A DNA stretch of 64,000 nucleotides, from IMG/VR virus record IMGVR_UViG_3300029258_001308, positions 12,806 to 76,805 of that record; one strand, given 5' to 3'. This DNA comes from a virus. The translations under genes and the position numbers were made by a program. Below, in pieces: positions 36,901 to 45,780 of this stretch. The notes under the pieces are model-generated. The model was not told where the DNA came from and made no database searches. It saw only the letters and a program-made list of their open reading frames with translations. The number at the start of each line of letters is the position of its first letter. The first letter of the stretch is position 1.

Positions 36901-37902
36901 CTGGACTTCGATGTCGTCGAAGTAGGAGAGGAGTGAGCGATCGTGGTCCTGGAGTTGGACCTTCATGTCCGTGACCGGGAGCTGTTGATTTCCACGGACA
37001 ATGGCTCGGTCCATGAGACCCCAGTTCACGACTCGTGCGTCCATTCTTCCAACGGCCGCCTTGACTTGGTAGTCGTCGAACGCCTCTCCTATAGCGAGGA
37101 AGGTCTGGCTGATGTTGCCGTCGAACTCGGTCAACCACGGACCGCCGCCATTGTAGTTGCCGACTGCGAGGTTCTTCGTTCCAGTCTGTCGGATGTGCGT
37201 CCCGAGGGAACCCTGCCAAGTTATTGTCTGAGCTACGCCATCGACGTAGATCACGACCTGTTCGTCGGGGGTGGCCTGAGTGAGGTCAACAACAATAGCG
37301 ATGGAGTGCCACGCGTTCAGGGAAGGAGCGGGGAAAGATGCACCCGCCGTGTGGATAGTTGTGCCGACTTTCGTGTCGAGGTTGAACCGGAGGACAGTTG
37401 GCGTGAGGAAGAAGAGGAGCCAGCCGGTCCCGTTCCCCATCTCCGCGAAACATCCAGCGTCGTTCTCTCCATCGGATAGCGCCTTGGCGTTGATGATGAA
37501 GGTGAACTTCTGCTCGTTGTCGAGATCGAACCACGCGTCCGTCTTGTCGGTATGGTAGTTGCTTGTACCTCCCGTGAACTTCAGACTGGTCGTACCGCCG
37601 AATGGATCAGGTGTCGAGGTGTCCCAGATACCGCTGGCTGACAGAGTTAGATCACGAGCGGCCGTACCTTCCTCGTTGTCGGCTGTGACGCCGGAACCTT
37701 CGTCGAATTTCCACATAGCCCCATCGAGTGAGGCATAGTCTGGAAGGTCAGCCCAGTCGAAGTTCCACGGTACAGTGAACTCGGAATCCGAGAACCACCG
37801 TGTCCCCAAGGCACCGCCGGCCATGAGCTTGACAAGATTACGAGGCTTAGCCCCAGACGACAGCGCTTCAGCCTGGGCCCCAGATGAAAGTGTCCGGACC
37901 AC
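33988..37902 (-). CDS. Tail tip/hub protein with LamG-like insertion and Cys-rich tract
   Basis: Follows tape measure and Dit; WHSIAIV...IYVDG...FDGNIS LamG; AEAAYG and LQRGDWV tail-tip motifs. Confidence 0.8.
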   Translation of the reverse strand: MVRTLSSGAQAEALSSGAKPRNLVKLMAGGALGTRWFSDSEFTVPWNFDWADLPDYASLDGAMWKFDEGSGVTADNEEGTAARDLTLSASGIWDTSTPDPFGGTTSLKFTGGTSNYHTDKTDAWFDLDNEQKFTFIINAKALSDGENDAGCFAEMGNGTGWLLFFLTPTVLRFNLDTKVGTTIHTAGASFPAPSLNAWHSIAIVVDLTQATPDEQVVIYVDGVAQTITWQGSLGTHIRQTGTKNLAVGNYNGGGPWLTEFDGNISQTFLAIGEAFDDYQVKAAVGRMDARVVNWGLMDRAIVRGNQQLPVTDMKVQLQDHDRSLLSYFDDIEVQDKPVAMYQFWTEAGLLETDLVTLIDGFVSGPFDWDENNRKITLDLVSKAVHYNRTVGVLATIDDFPDIAENHEGRMIPICVGKPQMVEPVNVTMGKIGRLMNPVSASQIDNWFIEGFEDMAPGTELTLRINEEVVRGTIDGRTFTVLARGEAIYTGTVKGSHPEYNGAFIDGDLPADGDNAYTGFYVKTWVPGYINPAFREVPISVSNTPRPDYSAAGWQWRKIWRYDGTSKTIYYMPEFMLEGPTFIEGDTFTCVGHVYTLPYGHGYSIVGIPTAHDAGSECYRLLDQYTWIVNEYPSARVNNVYVHGKKLLSLQTDTETVLNRIGLGGGVPGIPNPNWEDAYLIGQVADSEEDRDIVIHPEHYDVNLNDSQFVGILGHNCTTITFYNPPKFIPGYQISTNDIKVDIEGLDSVGDGSGTVIENPAAVIKKFLETWGGVGASEIDTSAFSSVESATGWLRFGFALGSQRNLMDLCADMGFQARSEFKWEDGLATIGFLRNGAGSVAATITGDDEITVDSVKLSWDDFDYVLSEIVAVWNERGEEKELTVRDTAAEAAYGRRAERYDFWAYGQKQYVSSIASFWLAMRRRLRRRVSFKTYLTELDLQRGDWVSLDLTDYFLSGQKGDVVGLRHSPGAGADAKMDEIEFELRLPVWAGCLTACETECQTGCESVCEIWTQTGCEFTCEYACEGSCVNVCELLCAAAADQGGPPCALQACMVFCMIMLPGGAIGQETCCEMYCESQCESTGCETTCDHDCTSGSAETQGVSTEPYEYGTWPNDGFSGDLSLWIDAETPVFEIVGGEVKLKAGNSSGSLSWADQRRNPDQSATFTLPCYIAQYSGYPYDPIYSADIAWGSVKGGKGLTAWALIQGRWQGEEPEWYFEGRTGARISVSGYADVTVWAGSWTTDLFSKSGTLKLIITPTQVKAEFDGHSAVRSVAVAGEYSSHSLGLNVQGPGYTDNAKVDSISSP
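34630..34932 (-). repeat. CxxxC(E) tandem peptide repeat, 21 Cys in 101 aa
   Basis: CLTACETECQTGCESVCE...CEFTCEYACEGSCVNVCELLC...CEMYCESQCESTGCETTCDHDC. Confidence 0.9.
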
Positions 37903-38267
37903 TAGCCCACTACCTCCAGTTGAAAGCGGATAGACCAGCCAGAGTCACGATCCTCGGTGAAGTCGAGAGTCGCATTGACGAACTTCACTGTCCAGTCAAC
38001 ATCGTTGTGATCTCTGAACGTGAACTCCTCCATGATGCCATCGGACGTATTCTCGAAGAAGTCCTCGATGTCATCCTTCTCGTCGTTGGTCAGATAGGTC
38101 AGACGGATGTCAAGGTACTCGACCTTGATACCCTTGTCGTAGTTGAACCTGGTCCCGCCTCGAGTCCGGCCGAGCACTTGGAACATGGTATGCCTGTTCA
38201 TGTTCCCGAACTCTGGAGAACGAGAGATGTCTTTGTCGACGGCACCTTTGATGAAATGGCATCCCAT
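37902..38267 (-). CDS. Distal tail protein (Dit-like)
   Basis: Position after tape measure; FF...G..EFTFRDH...VKF pattern. Confidence 0.65.
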   Translation of the reverse strand: MGCHFIKGAVDKDISRSPEFGNMNRHTMFQVLGRTRGGTRFNYDKGIKVEYLDIRLTYLTNDEKDDIEDFFENTSDGIMEEFTFRDHNDVDWTVKFVNATLDFTEDRDSGWSIRFQLEVVG

Positions 38268-38270
38268 CGT

Positions 38271-40793
38271 TTATATCCTCCCCCGCTTCCGAGCCGTGGC
38301 AATCTCGGGGATGATGACTGAACGAGTCAGCTCTCTCCCGACAGGCTGGCCAAGCAGCGTGAGATTGATGTCACCTTCGTAGTGGGTCGTGATGTGAGTC
38401 GGAGAATGATGCTCCGTAGTACCACGACCCGGTCCTGCCTCGGCGCCAGGCTCCCGTGTAGTGGGGCTTCCGGCGATCGAGACGCCAAGTTCGCCAAGGC
38501 CTGCCAGCTCTTCCCTCATCTTCGCAATGAAGGCTCGCATCTGAGCCTCAGCTTCTGGTAGCCCAACAAGCTCGACGTTCCACTGAAGATGTCTCTCAGC
38601 AAACGTCTTCAGATCAGAGAGGTCCTTCCGGATATTCTCGAAGGTATGCTGTGCCTCTTCCAGCAGTCCCTTAGCGCCCTCCTCTTGCTCCTCCCAGGCG
38701 ATCTCGCCCAGTTCCTGCAGGTCCTTCATTCCCTCGATGGCTGCCTCTCTGAAGTTCTCGACGATGCCGTACCCAGCCTCGCCTTCTGCTATCTGGACAT
38801 CAGCAATGTTGCGATAGAGTTCGGCCGACTCCTGCTGAAGTCGAGCGAATTCATCGTAGTCGGATCGAGCCAGTGCAGCGGCAGCTTCTTGAGCACGGGT
38901 TCTGGCCAGATAGTACTCAGAGACTGCTCGTGTTCCTTCGTCAAGGCCGCCCAACTGCAGGTCAAGGATGGAGCGATCGATGGAACGAGACCAGTCGGCG
39001 TGTCGTTCCTGGAGGTTCTGAAGTCTGTCCTGATGTCCCTTGACCTCGTCGAACTGTTCTTTCAGCGCGTCCCGAAGATAGCTTATCTGGTCGATGTAGT
39101 TTTTCTTGAAGTCCTGCGTGGCTCTTTTCCAGTGATCTCTCTTCATGGCAAGAACCGCGGCAGCATGTCGCTTCTGTTCTGCGACGAGATTCGCCTCAGC
39201 GTCAGCTATCTTTCTGAGGTACTCCTTCGCAAGTTCTGCGTTCTTCTTTCGTGAAGCCATTCTCTTGATGAGCTCGATGTTGCCTTCCTTCATGGCCTTG
39301 TTGAGAATCTCTTCCTGACGGAGAGCCTCGGCTCGTGCAGCCGCCTGAATCTTGGCTACGTCCTCGTGAGCCTTCATCTCCTTCGGGGCCTTGGCTATCA
39401 GATCGGCGATCTTTTCGTCAAGCTGGGTGTACTTGGCGATGAGCGACCCGACAGCAAAGCCCGCTGCTCCTACCGCGATTCCCATAGCTGCCCAAGGATG
39501 GGCCTTCGCTAGGTTGACCAGGTGAGGCAGGCCGTCCATGGCTGTGAAGGTCAGGCGGAGCAGCTTGTCGGTGAGCCAGACGACCTTCCCACCGTACTTG
39601 GCTATGAAGCTCACCCCTGTCGAGAGCGCGAAGGTCACGGCCGCGATGGACAAGGCTGTTGCACCCCAAGCCGCAATAGTCGCAGCGTTCTCCTTGACCC
39701 AGCTCATCCACTCGGCCTTGTTCTTCTCTACCCAGTCGGTGAATTCGATGAGCTTCGGTAGAAGAGCCTCGCCGAGTGTGATCATGACGTCCATGAAGAA
39801 CGACTTGATCTTCTTCAGCGCACGGCCAGCGGTCTTGGCCATCTTTTCGTACGCCTCTGCCGATGCACCTTGGCTCTTGACGTTTGCTTCGATGATACGA
39901 CCGAACTCGTCAGCCTGCTTTCCAGCCAGGGATGACACGGCTGTGAACGCACGAACATTCGGGAAGAGGGCAGCCAGCGCTTCAACATTATCACCAGCTG
40001 CCTCTTCTATCTCACGAAGAGCGACGCCAAGACCCTTGGACTTGAGAGCTGTAGCCGAGAGCTCGACGCCGAGTTCTTGGGCAATCTCCTGGGCTTCTTT
40101 CGTCGGAGAGATGAAGGTAACGATGGCCTGCCTGACCGCAGTCACTGCTTCGTCGAATTGGATACCACCCTTGGTCAGGGTAGCAAGCGAGGCCGTCAGC
40201 TCTTCGAGTGGGATGCCGGCGGTAGCAGCGATACCCGTCACCCGACCCAACCCGGAAGCCAGCTGTGGGAAGGTCAGCACGCCCTCTTTGACCGTGGAGA
40301 AGAAGATGTCCGAGACCCGCTCAGCCTGATCAGTACCCATCCCGTAGGCGTTGAGTGTCTGGACGATCCCACGAAGAGACGTGTTCACGTCGGTGACGCC
40401 CGCAATAGCCGCGCGGTTCGCGACGCTCAGGAGCTCGATGGACTCGGTCGCATCAACACCAGCTGACAAGGTGTTGTAGAGCGCGGTGGTCATCGTACTA
40501 TGTGACTCGCCGAATTCGACCGACAGCGATCGGACGCCGTCCTCGAGATTCTGCATATCGACGAGTGTCGTGTCCACCAGTGTAGAGACCTCAGCCATCC
40601 CGGTCTCGAAGGAGGTAGCAAAGTAGAGCGCTGCACCTCCGGCTGCACTTAGGGCTAGGGCCATCTTCTTGGAGGCGCTAGCGACTTTGTCAGCCGTATT
40701 CTCGACGGTCTTGGCCACCTTGTCGAAGTTCTCGTAGAACTCCGAGGTGTCAGCGGTGACCTCGGCGACCAGCTTTTCCACGAACGTTGGCAC
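38271..40793 (-). CDS. Tape measure protein (TP901 family)
   Basis: FETGMAEVSTL...ALY..LSAG...NAYG; long helical Ala-rich ORF; probable GTG start at 40793. Confidence 0.9.
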   Translation of the reverse strand: MPTFVEKLVAEVTADTSEFYENFDKVAKTVENTADKVASASKKMALALSAAGGAALYFATSFETGMAEVSTLVDTTLVDMQNLEDGVRSLSVEFGESHSTMTTALYNTLSAGVDATESIELLSVANRAAIAGVTDVNTSLRGIVQTLNAYGMGTDQAERVSDIFFSTVKEGVLTFPQLASGLGRVTGIAATAGIPLEELTASLATLTKGGIQFDEAVTAVRQAIVTFISPTKEAQEIAQELGVELSATALKSKGLGVALREIEEAAGDNVEALAALFPNVRAFTAVSSLAGKQADEFGRIIEANVKSQGASAEAYEKMAKTAGRALKKIKSFFMDVMITLGEALLPKLIEFTDWVEKNKAEWMSWVKENAATIAAWGATALSIAAVTFALSTGVSFIAKYGGKVVWLTDKLLRLTFTAMDGLPHLVNLAKAHPWAAMGIAVGAAGFAVGSLIAKYTQLDEKIADLIAKAPKEMKAHEDVAKIQAAARAEALRQEEILNKAMKEGNIELIKRMASRKKNAELAKEYLRKIADAEANLVAEQKRHAAAVLAMKRDHWKRATQDFKKNYIDQISYLRDALKEQFDEVKGHQDRLQNLQERHADWSRSIDRSILDLQLGGLDEGTRAVSEYYLARTRAQEAAAALARSDYDEFARLQQESAELYRNIADVQIAEGEAGYGIVENFREAAIEGMKDLQELGEIAWEEQEEGAKGLLEEAQHTFENIRKDLSDLKTFAERHLQWNVELVGLPEAEAQMRAFIAKMREELAGLGELGVSIAGSPTTREPGAEAGPGRGTTEHHSPTHITTHYEGDINLTLLGQPVGRELTRSVIIPEIATARKRGRI

Positions 40794-40962
40794 GCTTCTT
40801 CCTCTCCTTATCGTCCTCACGGTTGCGCAGGGAATGGTACGCAACCATGTACTGCTGGCTAGTCAACGGCAGCGAGTAGAATCTCTCGAGGTCTATCTTG
40901 AACCGATCGCATGTCGCAAGAACAAGATAGAGCGTCGTCCTACCGCTGCCGTCTATTCCCCC
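40750..40962 (-). CDS. -1 frameshift extension of the tail assembly chaperone (gpGT-like)
   Basis: GGGGGAA immediately before TAG; -1 frame open for 70 codons (GIDGSGRTTLYLVLATCDRFKID...). Confidence 0.75.
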   Translation of the reverse strand, partial: GGIDGSGRTTLYLVLATCDRFKIDLERFYSLPLTSQQYMVAYHSLRNREDDKERKKRANVRGKAGRRGHR

Positions 40963-41456
40963 TCTCCTACGAGGTCCTCCATCGCGTTCTCGATCTGGGC
41001 CTTCTGCAACCCGGAGACCTCCGAGATCGCCCGCTGCAGAAGGATGATCTCTCCCGTCGTGAGCGGGAAGTCCTTCAACTCCTGGAGGATGGATGTCGCG
41101 AACTGCTCTTTGTTCTTCTCGTCGTTCGGATCACCCTCCGACTCCCACTCGATCTCGGTGTCGGCCCGGAGCCCGTGGTAGATCATGAGAGCCGACTCGA
41201 GCATGTTGACTCGGCGATTCTCCGTCTTGTACCCGGGGTCCTCTTCGTCGCGATGCTTGGCGACCTTCCCCTCCTTGTCACGGAGTATCTTGCCCTTTCG
41301 GTCACGGGCGAACTCCAGGGGAGGCGTGGGACGAGGAAGACCTCTGCCGAGTTCTTCCATCGCCCCGAACGCCAGCCCCTTGACTCGGAACGTGAACTCA
41401 CCTATTGGGACAGTCTTCTCGGGGAGACTGCCACGCTTCTTTCCACCGTGCTTCAT
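40953..41456 (-). CDS. Tail assembly chaperone
   Basis: Between tail tube and tape measure; slippery site at the 3' end. Confidence 0.75.
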   Translation of the reverse strand: MKHGGKKRGSLPEKTVPIGEFTFRVKGLAFGAMEELGRGLPRPTPPLEFARDRKGKILRDKEGKVAKHRDEEDPGYKTENRRVNMLESALMIYHGLRADTEIEWESEGDPNDEKNKEQFATSILQELKDFPLTTGEIILLQRAISEVSGLQKAQIENAMEDLVGEGE

Positions 41457-41486
41457 CGCTCCTCTCCTCTCAGTGGTCGCGTCCTA

Positions 41487-41966
41487 TTACGCGACCTTTT
41501 CGAGTGTCGGGCCCGTGACGAACGCGGTCCCGTCAACCGTAAGCGTGTTGTACTCGTCGCCCTCGGCGAACTCGATCGACTCGTAAGCGAAGTCGTCGAG
41601 CGTAACCTTCTCGTCGTCCCCACCGTCGGGGTTGTCGATCGTGAACTCGAGGTTGACTGCGTACACGTCGCTTGCTGAGGTGCTCTGCCAGGCGGCTGCG
41701 TTGCCGATCTGCTTCAGCGCCTCATATGGGGTAGCGGGCTGCCCTGAGCCTCCGATGTACTCCACGAACTTCAGCGTGAAGCTCACCGCAACAGGGTCCT
41801 CGTCTCCCGGTCTTCGATGGTCGAGTGCTCCGCGATCGAGGACGTTGATGAGGTTCTGAGTCTCGCCGACTGTGAGGTCTCCCTCATCCAGTGCGACAGT
41901 GATCTCCTCAGACCCTCCGTCCTTGATCTTCAGCTCTCCATCTCGGAGATTTCTGGTCAATGACAC
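41487..41966 (-). CDS. Major tail tube protein
   Basis: Synteny; acidic, beta-rich 159 aa; GGGAGGTGA RBS. Confidence 0.7.
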   Translation of the reverse strand: MSLTRNLRDGELKIKDGGSEEITVALDEGDLTVGETQNLINVLDRGALDHRRPGDEDPVAVSFTLKFVEYIGGSGQPATPYEALKQIGNAAAWQSTSASDVYAVNLEFTIDNPDGGDDEKVTLDDFAYESIEFAEGDEYNTLTVDGTAFVTGPTLEKVA

Positions 41967-41983
41967 TAGCTCTCACCTCCCCT

Positions 41984-42385
41984 CTATGTTCTCTCAAGAG
42001 TCCCTGAAATACGAACCGAGTGTTGCTGAAGGTCCAGCTCATTCGGCACATCGCTAACAGATGCCTCCCTCAGTCTGAGGAACCGTTCTGGAGTTCCTGC
42101 GACCGAGATGTTCTTGTGCTCCAGCATCGAGACCACCGCATCAGAGATGGTGTCGACGCGATATAGAGAAGTCCCGAACTTGCAGAAGACGTTGATCTCT
42201 ACATCGATGTCACGGAACTCGACCTCGGGGCTTCTCATCGCAGCCTGGTCGACATCGCTCATGCTGACCTGAATCCACTCAGAATGATCCTGAGTCTGGA
42301 ACTTCGAGCCGGGCCAGTGCACCTCGGTCTCGGTCCAGTTGTCCTTGATATAGGTCCAGAGTGCTTTCTTCGCATCTTCAAGCAT
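41984..42385 (-). CDS. Tail terminator protein
   Basis: Synteny; WP....F.....EWI pattern. Confidence 0.6.
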   Translation of the reverse strand: MLEDAKKALWTYIKDNWTETEVHWPGSKFQTQDHSEWIQVSMSDVDQAAMRSPEVEFRDIDVEINVFCKFGTSLYRVDTISDAVVSMLEHKNISVAGTPERFLRLREASVSDVPNELDLQQHSVRISGTLERT

Positions 42386-42391
42386 GGCTCT

Positions 42392-42910
42392 CTACCTGAA
42401 CAGTTCCGCGAACTCTTGTCGAAGCTTCCGTCGCGTGATCTTCATTCCCGGCCTGAGCATCCCGCGAGGAGCTTGCTTACTCCATCCGAACTCGAGCCTG
42501 AGGATGTACGGTACGTGGCTAGCAACCTTGATCGTGAAAGCCCGTCCCGATTTAGACTCGTCCCAACTCCCCTCGTCCTCGCCTTCCTTCTCGGCAGCCC
42601 GTGAATAGTTGGCCGTAACCTTCCCCGCTCCTGGTACTGCTCCACCCACCTCTCGGAGATAGGGCATCCAAGAACCACGAGCGAACCCGGTCTTGATCGG
42701 CGTCAGCTTGATGACCTCGCCCAGTAGAAAGAACATGACGTTCCGAAGGGTCGGCTCCTTCTTGACCTCGGCCTTCTTCAGCACCCGCTGAAGGTCCTTG
42801 TTGAAAGCCTCTGTGTGGAGCTCCACATTCATGATGCGAGACTTGGCCGACTTTCTGAAGGCCTTCGATCTCCTACCCGGCATCGTCAGTCTTCGACCCT
42901 TGATCGCCAT
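42392..42910 (-). CDS. HK97 gp10-like neck/tail completion protein
   Basis: TPIKTG.ARGSW...VPYI.RLEFGWSKQAPRGM. Confidence 0.8.
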   Translation of the reverse strand: MAIKGRRLTMPGRRSKAFRKSAKSRIMNVELHTEAFNKDLQRVLKKAEVKKEPTLRNVMFFLLGEVIKLTPIKTGFARGSWMPYLREVGGAVPGAGKVTANYSRAAEKEGEDEGSWDESKSGRAFTIKVASHVPYILRLEFGWSKQAPRGMLRPGMKITRRKLRQEFAELFR

Positions 42911-43284
42911 TACAGCTTCTCACAATGCAAACGATGGAGAACCTTCAGCCCGTCATGGTCCGCGTTGAATACGTTGTACTCTTGCGAGTCGTCATCTACT
43001 ACCGAGTCGATAGTAGAAGGATCGATCCCGGCAGACTCGATGTGAGCCTGCTGAATGTAGAAGAAGTACCGGCGGGTCTGAATAGCGTCCGTGCCCCGCT
43101 CGTCCTTCCTCTCCTTGTAAGCCGTCCTCACGGCGTAGAGCGTGACGTCCGTCGGGTCAGGCGCGACCTCTCCGGTCTCCACGTCCACGACAGGCGCCGC
43201 AGCATTCAACTTCAGCGTCACCTGCTTCCGCCAGTACGGCCAGGCCTGAACCAGCGCATCTTCGACTACGCTCTTGAATGACAT
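42910..43284 (-). CDS. Head closure protein
   Basis: Synteny between adaptor and gp10-like gene. Confidence 0.55.
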   Translation of the reverse strand: MSFKSVVEDALVQAWPYWRKQVTLKLNAAAPVVDVETGEVAPDPTDVTLYAVRTAYKERKDERGTDAIQTRRYFFYIQQAHIESAGIDPSTIDSVVDDDSQEYNVFNADHDGLKVLHRLHCEKL

Positions 43285-43923
43285 CTATACAATCCCCAGT
43301 TGTGGGACGTCGTTGTGGTAGTTGGCGAGGAGACGGTCCACCGCTTTGTTCCCGGTCGTCCCCCCTGTTTCTGTCCCGCCAGATTCCTCGAGAGTGAACG
43401 AGAAGTCGCCAAGCTTCGCCGACTTGATGTCACCCTCGGTCGAGATACCCTCTGTGATGTCGTCCATCTTCTGAGCCGCCAAGATGGCGCAAGCCTTCGC
43501 GATGTTTCGGGGAGTCTTTTTCCATCCCCACTTCCCGGTGATCTGGACGTTCTGATTACCCTTGGGCCAGATCGGAGCATCGTCTCCCCACCGAGCACTT
43601 GCTCGCAGAGAGATGTCGTACTCGAGCGTGACCCTTCGTTCGTAGACCTTGTAGTCGCTAGAGTCTACGTCAGTGGTCGAGCCATCGGCCGGGTCCACGA
43701 TCACGATGGATGTGATCTCGAGACACCTCAGCAGAGTGAGCTCCGGGAACAGAATGTCCGAGTGCCCAGTCCCATCGAAGTTGAAGGTCTTGTCGTCAGG
43801 CTCGAAGTGATCATCGCACTCTTCGTCGATCATCTCCATGGCCTCACGGATGGCTTGCTCGAACTCCTTGTTTGTCTCACCAGAGTCGTGAAACTTTCGT
43901 ACGTCTGCTATTCGGCAGTACAT
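43285..43923 (-). CDS. Head-tail adaptor
   Basis: MYC.IADV, IDEEC...F, WPKG.QNV.ITG.WGW..TP..I..AC. Confidence 0.75.
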   Translation of the reverse strand: MYCRIADVRKFHDSGETNKEFEQAIREAMEMIDEECDDHFEPDDKTFNFDGTGHSDILFPELTLLRCLEITSIVIVDPADGSTTDVDSSDYKVYERRVTLEYDISLRASARWGDDAPIWPKGNQNVQITGKWGWKKTPRNIAKACAILAAQKMDDITEGISTEGDIKSAKLGDFSFTLEESGGTETGGTTGNKAVDRLLANYHNDVPQLGIV

Positions 43924-44960
43924 GGGACGCCCTCCATGATCTCCACTACCGCGTCAGCCACCTGCTCCGGAGTGATGAGCTCGTAGCAGGGGGTGTCCCG
44001 AAAGCACTTCTTCCTGTAGCATCCAAGGCAGTCAGAGTCGGGAACTAGCTTGACGCCTCGGCCATACATATCGATGTCGTCGGCTGGAGTAGAACCGAAG
44101 ATGGTCACGACTCTTCGTCTCAGAGCAATACCCAAGTGCATGCCGAACGAATCCATCGTGACCACGCAAGAGCATGAGGCCACCCAGCCAACGTAGTCCA
44201 TGATCGATCGTCTCTGTTCTTGCATCTCCGGCTTGTAACCTCGCTCCTTCAGGAGCTCAGCTAACTTCTCCCAGCCTTTCCACTTCTTGAAGAATCGATC
44301 TCCGGCCATGTAGTTCAGGCCGACCTTGCCAATTTCCTCCTTGGCCTTGAAGCCCGTGAAGAACGGGTAGTCGTCAGGCTCCTCTACTCCTATCATCTTA
44401 GCACAGAGCTGCTGGTAGGTCAAGCAGCTCAGTCTCTTGGCTTCGTCGTCGATGCCGAGCTGGAAGGCCTCGCGAGCAGAGTCGGACATGGCGGCGGTGT
44501 TCCCGTACTGATCCATGCCGAACCCGTATCTCTCCTCGGCCTCGACAGCCACGGCTATGGCCGTACTCTCAGGCTCCTTATCCAAGCAGATCACGGCCTG
44601 GAACTTCATGACCATGATCGAGACCTGGCTCTTCCAGTTGTAGGGAATCAGCTTGTCAATCCCCTTGATTCTTCGCAGAATCTGAAACCCTTCGTCTGAG
44701 GTCAGCCATGTGATGTGGCAGTCGCTCCCGTACTTGGCCCTGATCGGACCAAGCAGAGAGGCGGTTCTGACCACATCCCCCATGGCGGCAAGCTTGATAA
44801 GCAGGACTCGAGTTCGAGTCGGCCTATAGTGCTTGCATCCTAGGCATCTCTGCCCGAACTTCTTGTGGGGCCAGCAAGGCTTGAACCCCTTGAAGTAGCG
44901 GCAGTCCGTGAGGATGCCCTCGAACTTGGCAACGTCTGCTAGTCGTCTACCGGTACCCAT
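43908..44960 (-). CDS. Glycosyltransferase family 9
   Basis: DCRYF.G.KPC, LIKLAAMGDVVRT, VTMDSFGMHL...IFGST, CLGCY..C. Confidence 0.85.
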   Translation of the reverse strand: MGTGRRLADVAKFEGILTDCRYFKGFKPCWPHKKFGQRCLGCKHYRPTRTRVLLIKLAAMGDVVRTASLLGPIRAKYGSDCHITWLTSDEGFQILRRIKGIDKLIPYNWKSQVSIMVMKFQAVICLDKEPESTAIAVAVEAEERYGFGMDQYGNTAAMSDSAREAFQLGIDDEAKRLSCLTYQQLCAKMIGVEEPDDYPFFTGFKAKEEIGKVGLNYMAGDRFFKKWKGWEKLAELLKERGYKPEMQEQRRSIMDYVGWVASCSCVVTMDSFGMHLGIALRRRVVTIFGSTPADDIDMYGRGVKLVPDSDCLGCYRKKCFRDTPCYELITPEQVADAVVEIMEGVPCTAE

Positions 44961-45778
44961 CTGTCTGGATTAGTCTCCATCCAAGCCCGAAGGCGCCCTT
45001 GGAACTTCTCCTCGTCCTGCAGCTGAAGCTGCCGACGCTGCTGGGAGTGCAGAGGATTAGCCGAGTCTCGAGACCCGCCACCCTCGGCCTCCATGTGCCA
45101 CGACCTGACCCAAGGAAGATACAGACATTTGAACCCGGCGAAGTAGAGCCGGAGTGAAACGTCTGTCTCCTCCCGATGGCCCAGGTTTGTACACCATGTA
45201 GCGAACCCGCCCACGTCTTGGAGAGCCTGCTTCCAGTAGATGAACCCGCCGTGCATGTGGCAAACTTCGATGGGCTCATTGTGGTCGATCCAGTGCTGCT
45301 GCATATCGTAGGGCTCGAGGATCATCCCCGTCTCGATCTTCTTCCGGGCAAACCCGTTCTGACTGGGACCCTGATTCAGTATTCTCCCACGATGCGCGTT
45401 GAGGAGACATCCTCCAGCCGCTGCCACCTCTGTCCTGTCCTGATCCACGATGAAGTCGTGCAGAAGCTGGATATAGTCGCGAGGAACAACTATATCATCC
45501 TCGTGACGGATGCAGAGCTCGGCCTGGGCCGCCTCCATGGACTGCTGATAGGCGAAGGGTATTCCTTCGTTGGTACCACGAACCACGTTCACCCTGACCC
45601 CGTCATCCTCCAACATCCTGATCAGCAGTCTGATATGGTAGTGCGAGAGCACGTCGGGGTCCGAGTCGTCAACGATGACCAGCTCCCAGTCCTTGTGGGT
45701 CTGGAAGACAAGGCTAGCCAGAGCGGCGGACAAGTAGTTCGGCCGATTGCGAGTGATGATATGGAAGGACACTCTCAT
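44939..45778 (-). CDS. Glycosyltransferase family 2
   Basis: VS.HIITRNR, LVIVDDS, HEDD, GGF, EETD. Confidence 0.85.
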   Translation of the reverse strand: MRVSFHIITRNRPNYLSAALASLVFQTHKDWELVIVDDSDPDVLSHYHIRLLIRMLEDDGVRVNVVRGTNEGIPFAYQQSMEAAQAELCIRHEDDIVVPRDYIQLLHDFIVDQDRTEVAAAGGCLLNAHRGRILNQGPSQNGFARKKIETGMILEPYDMQQHWIDHNEPIEVCHMHGGFIYWKQALQDVGGFATWCTNLGHREETDVSLRLYFAGFKCLYLPWVRSWHMEAEGGGSRDSANPLHSQQRRQLQLQDEEKFQGRLRAWMETNPDRWVPVDD

Positions 45779-45780
45779 AG

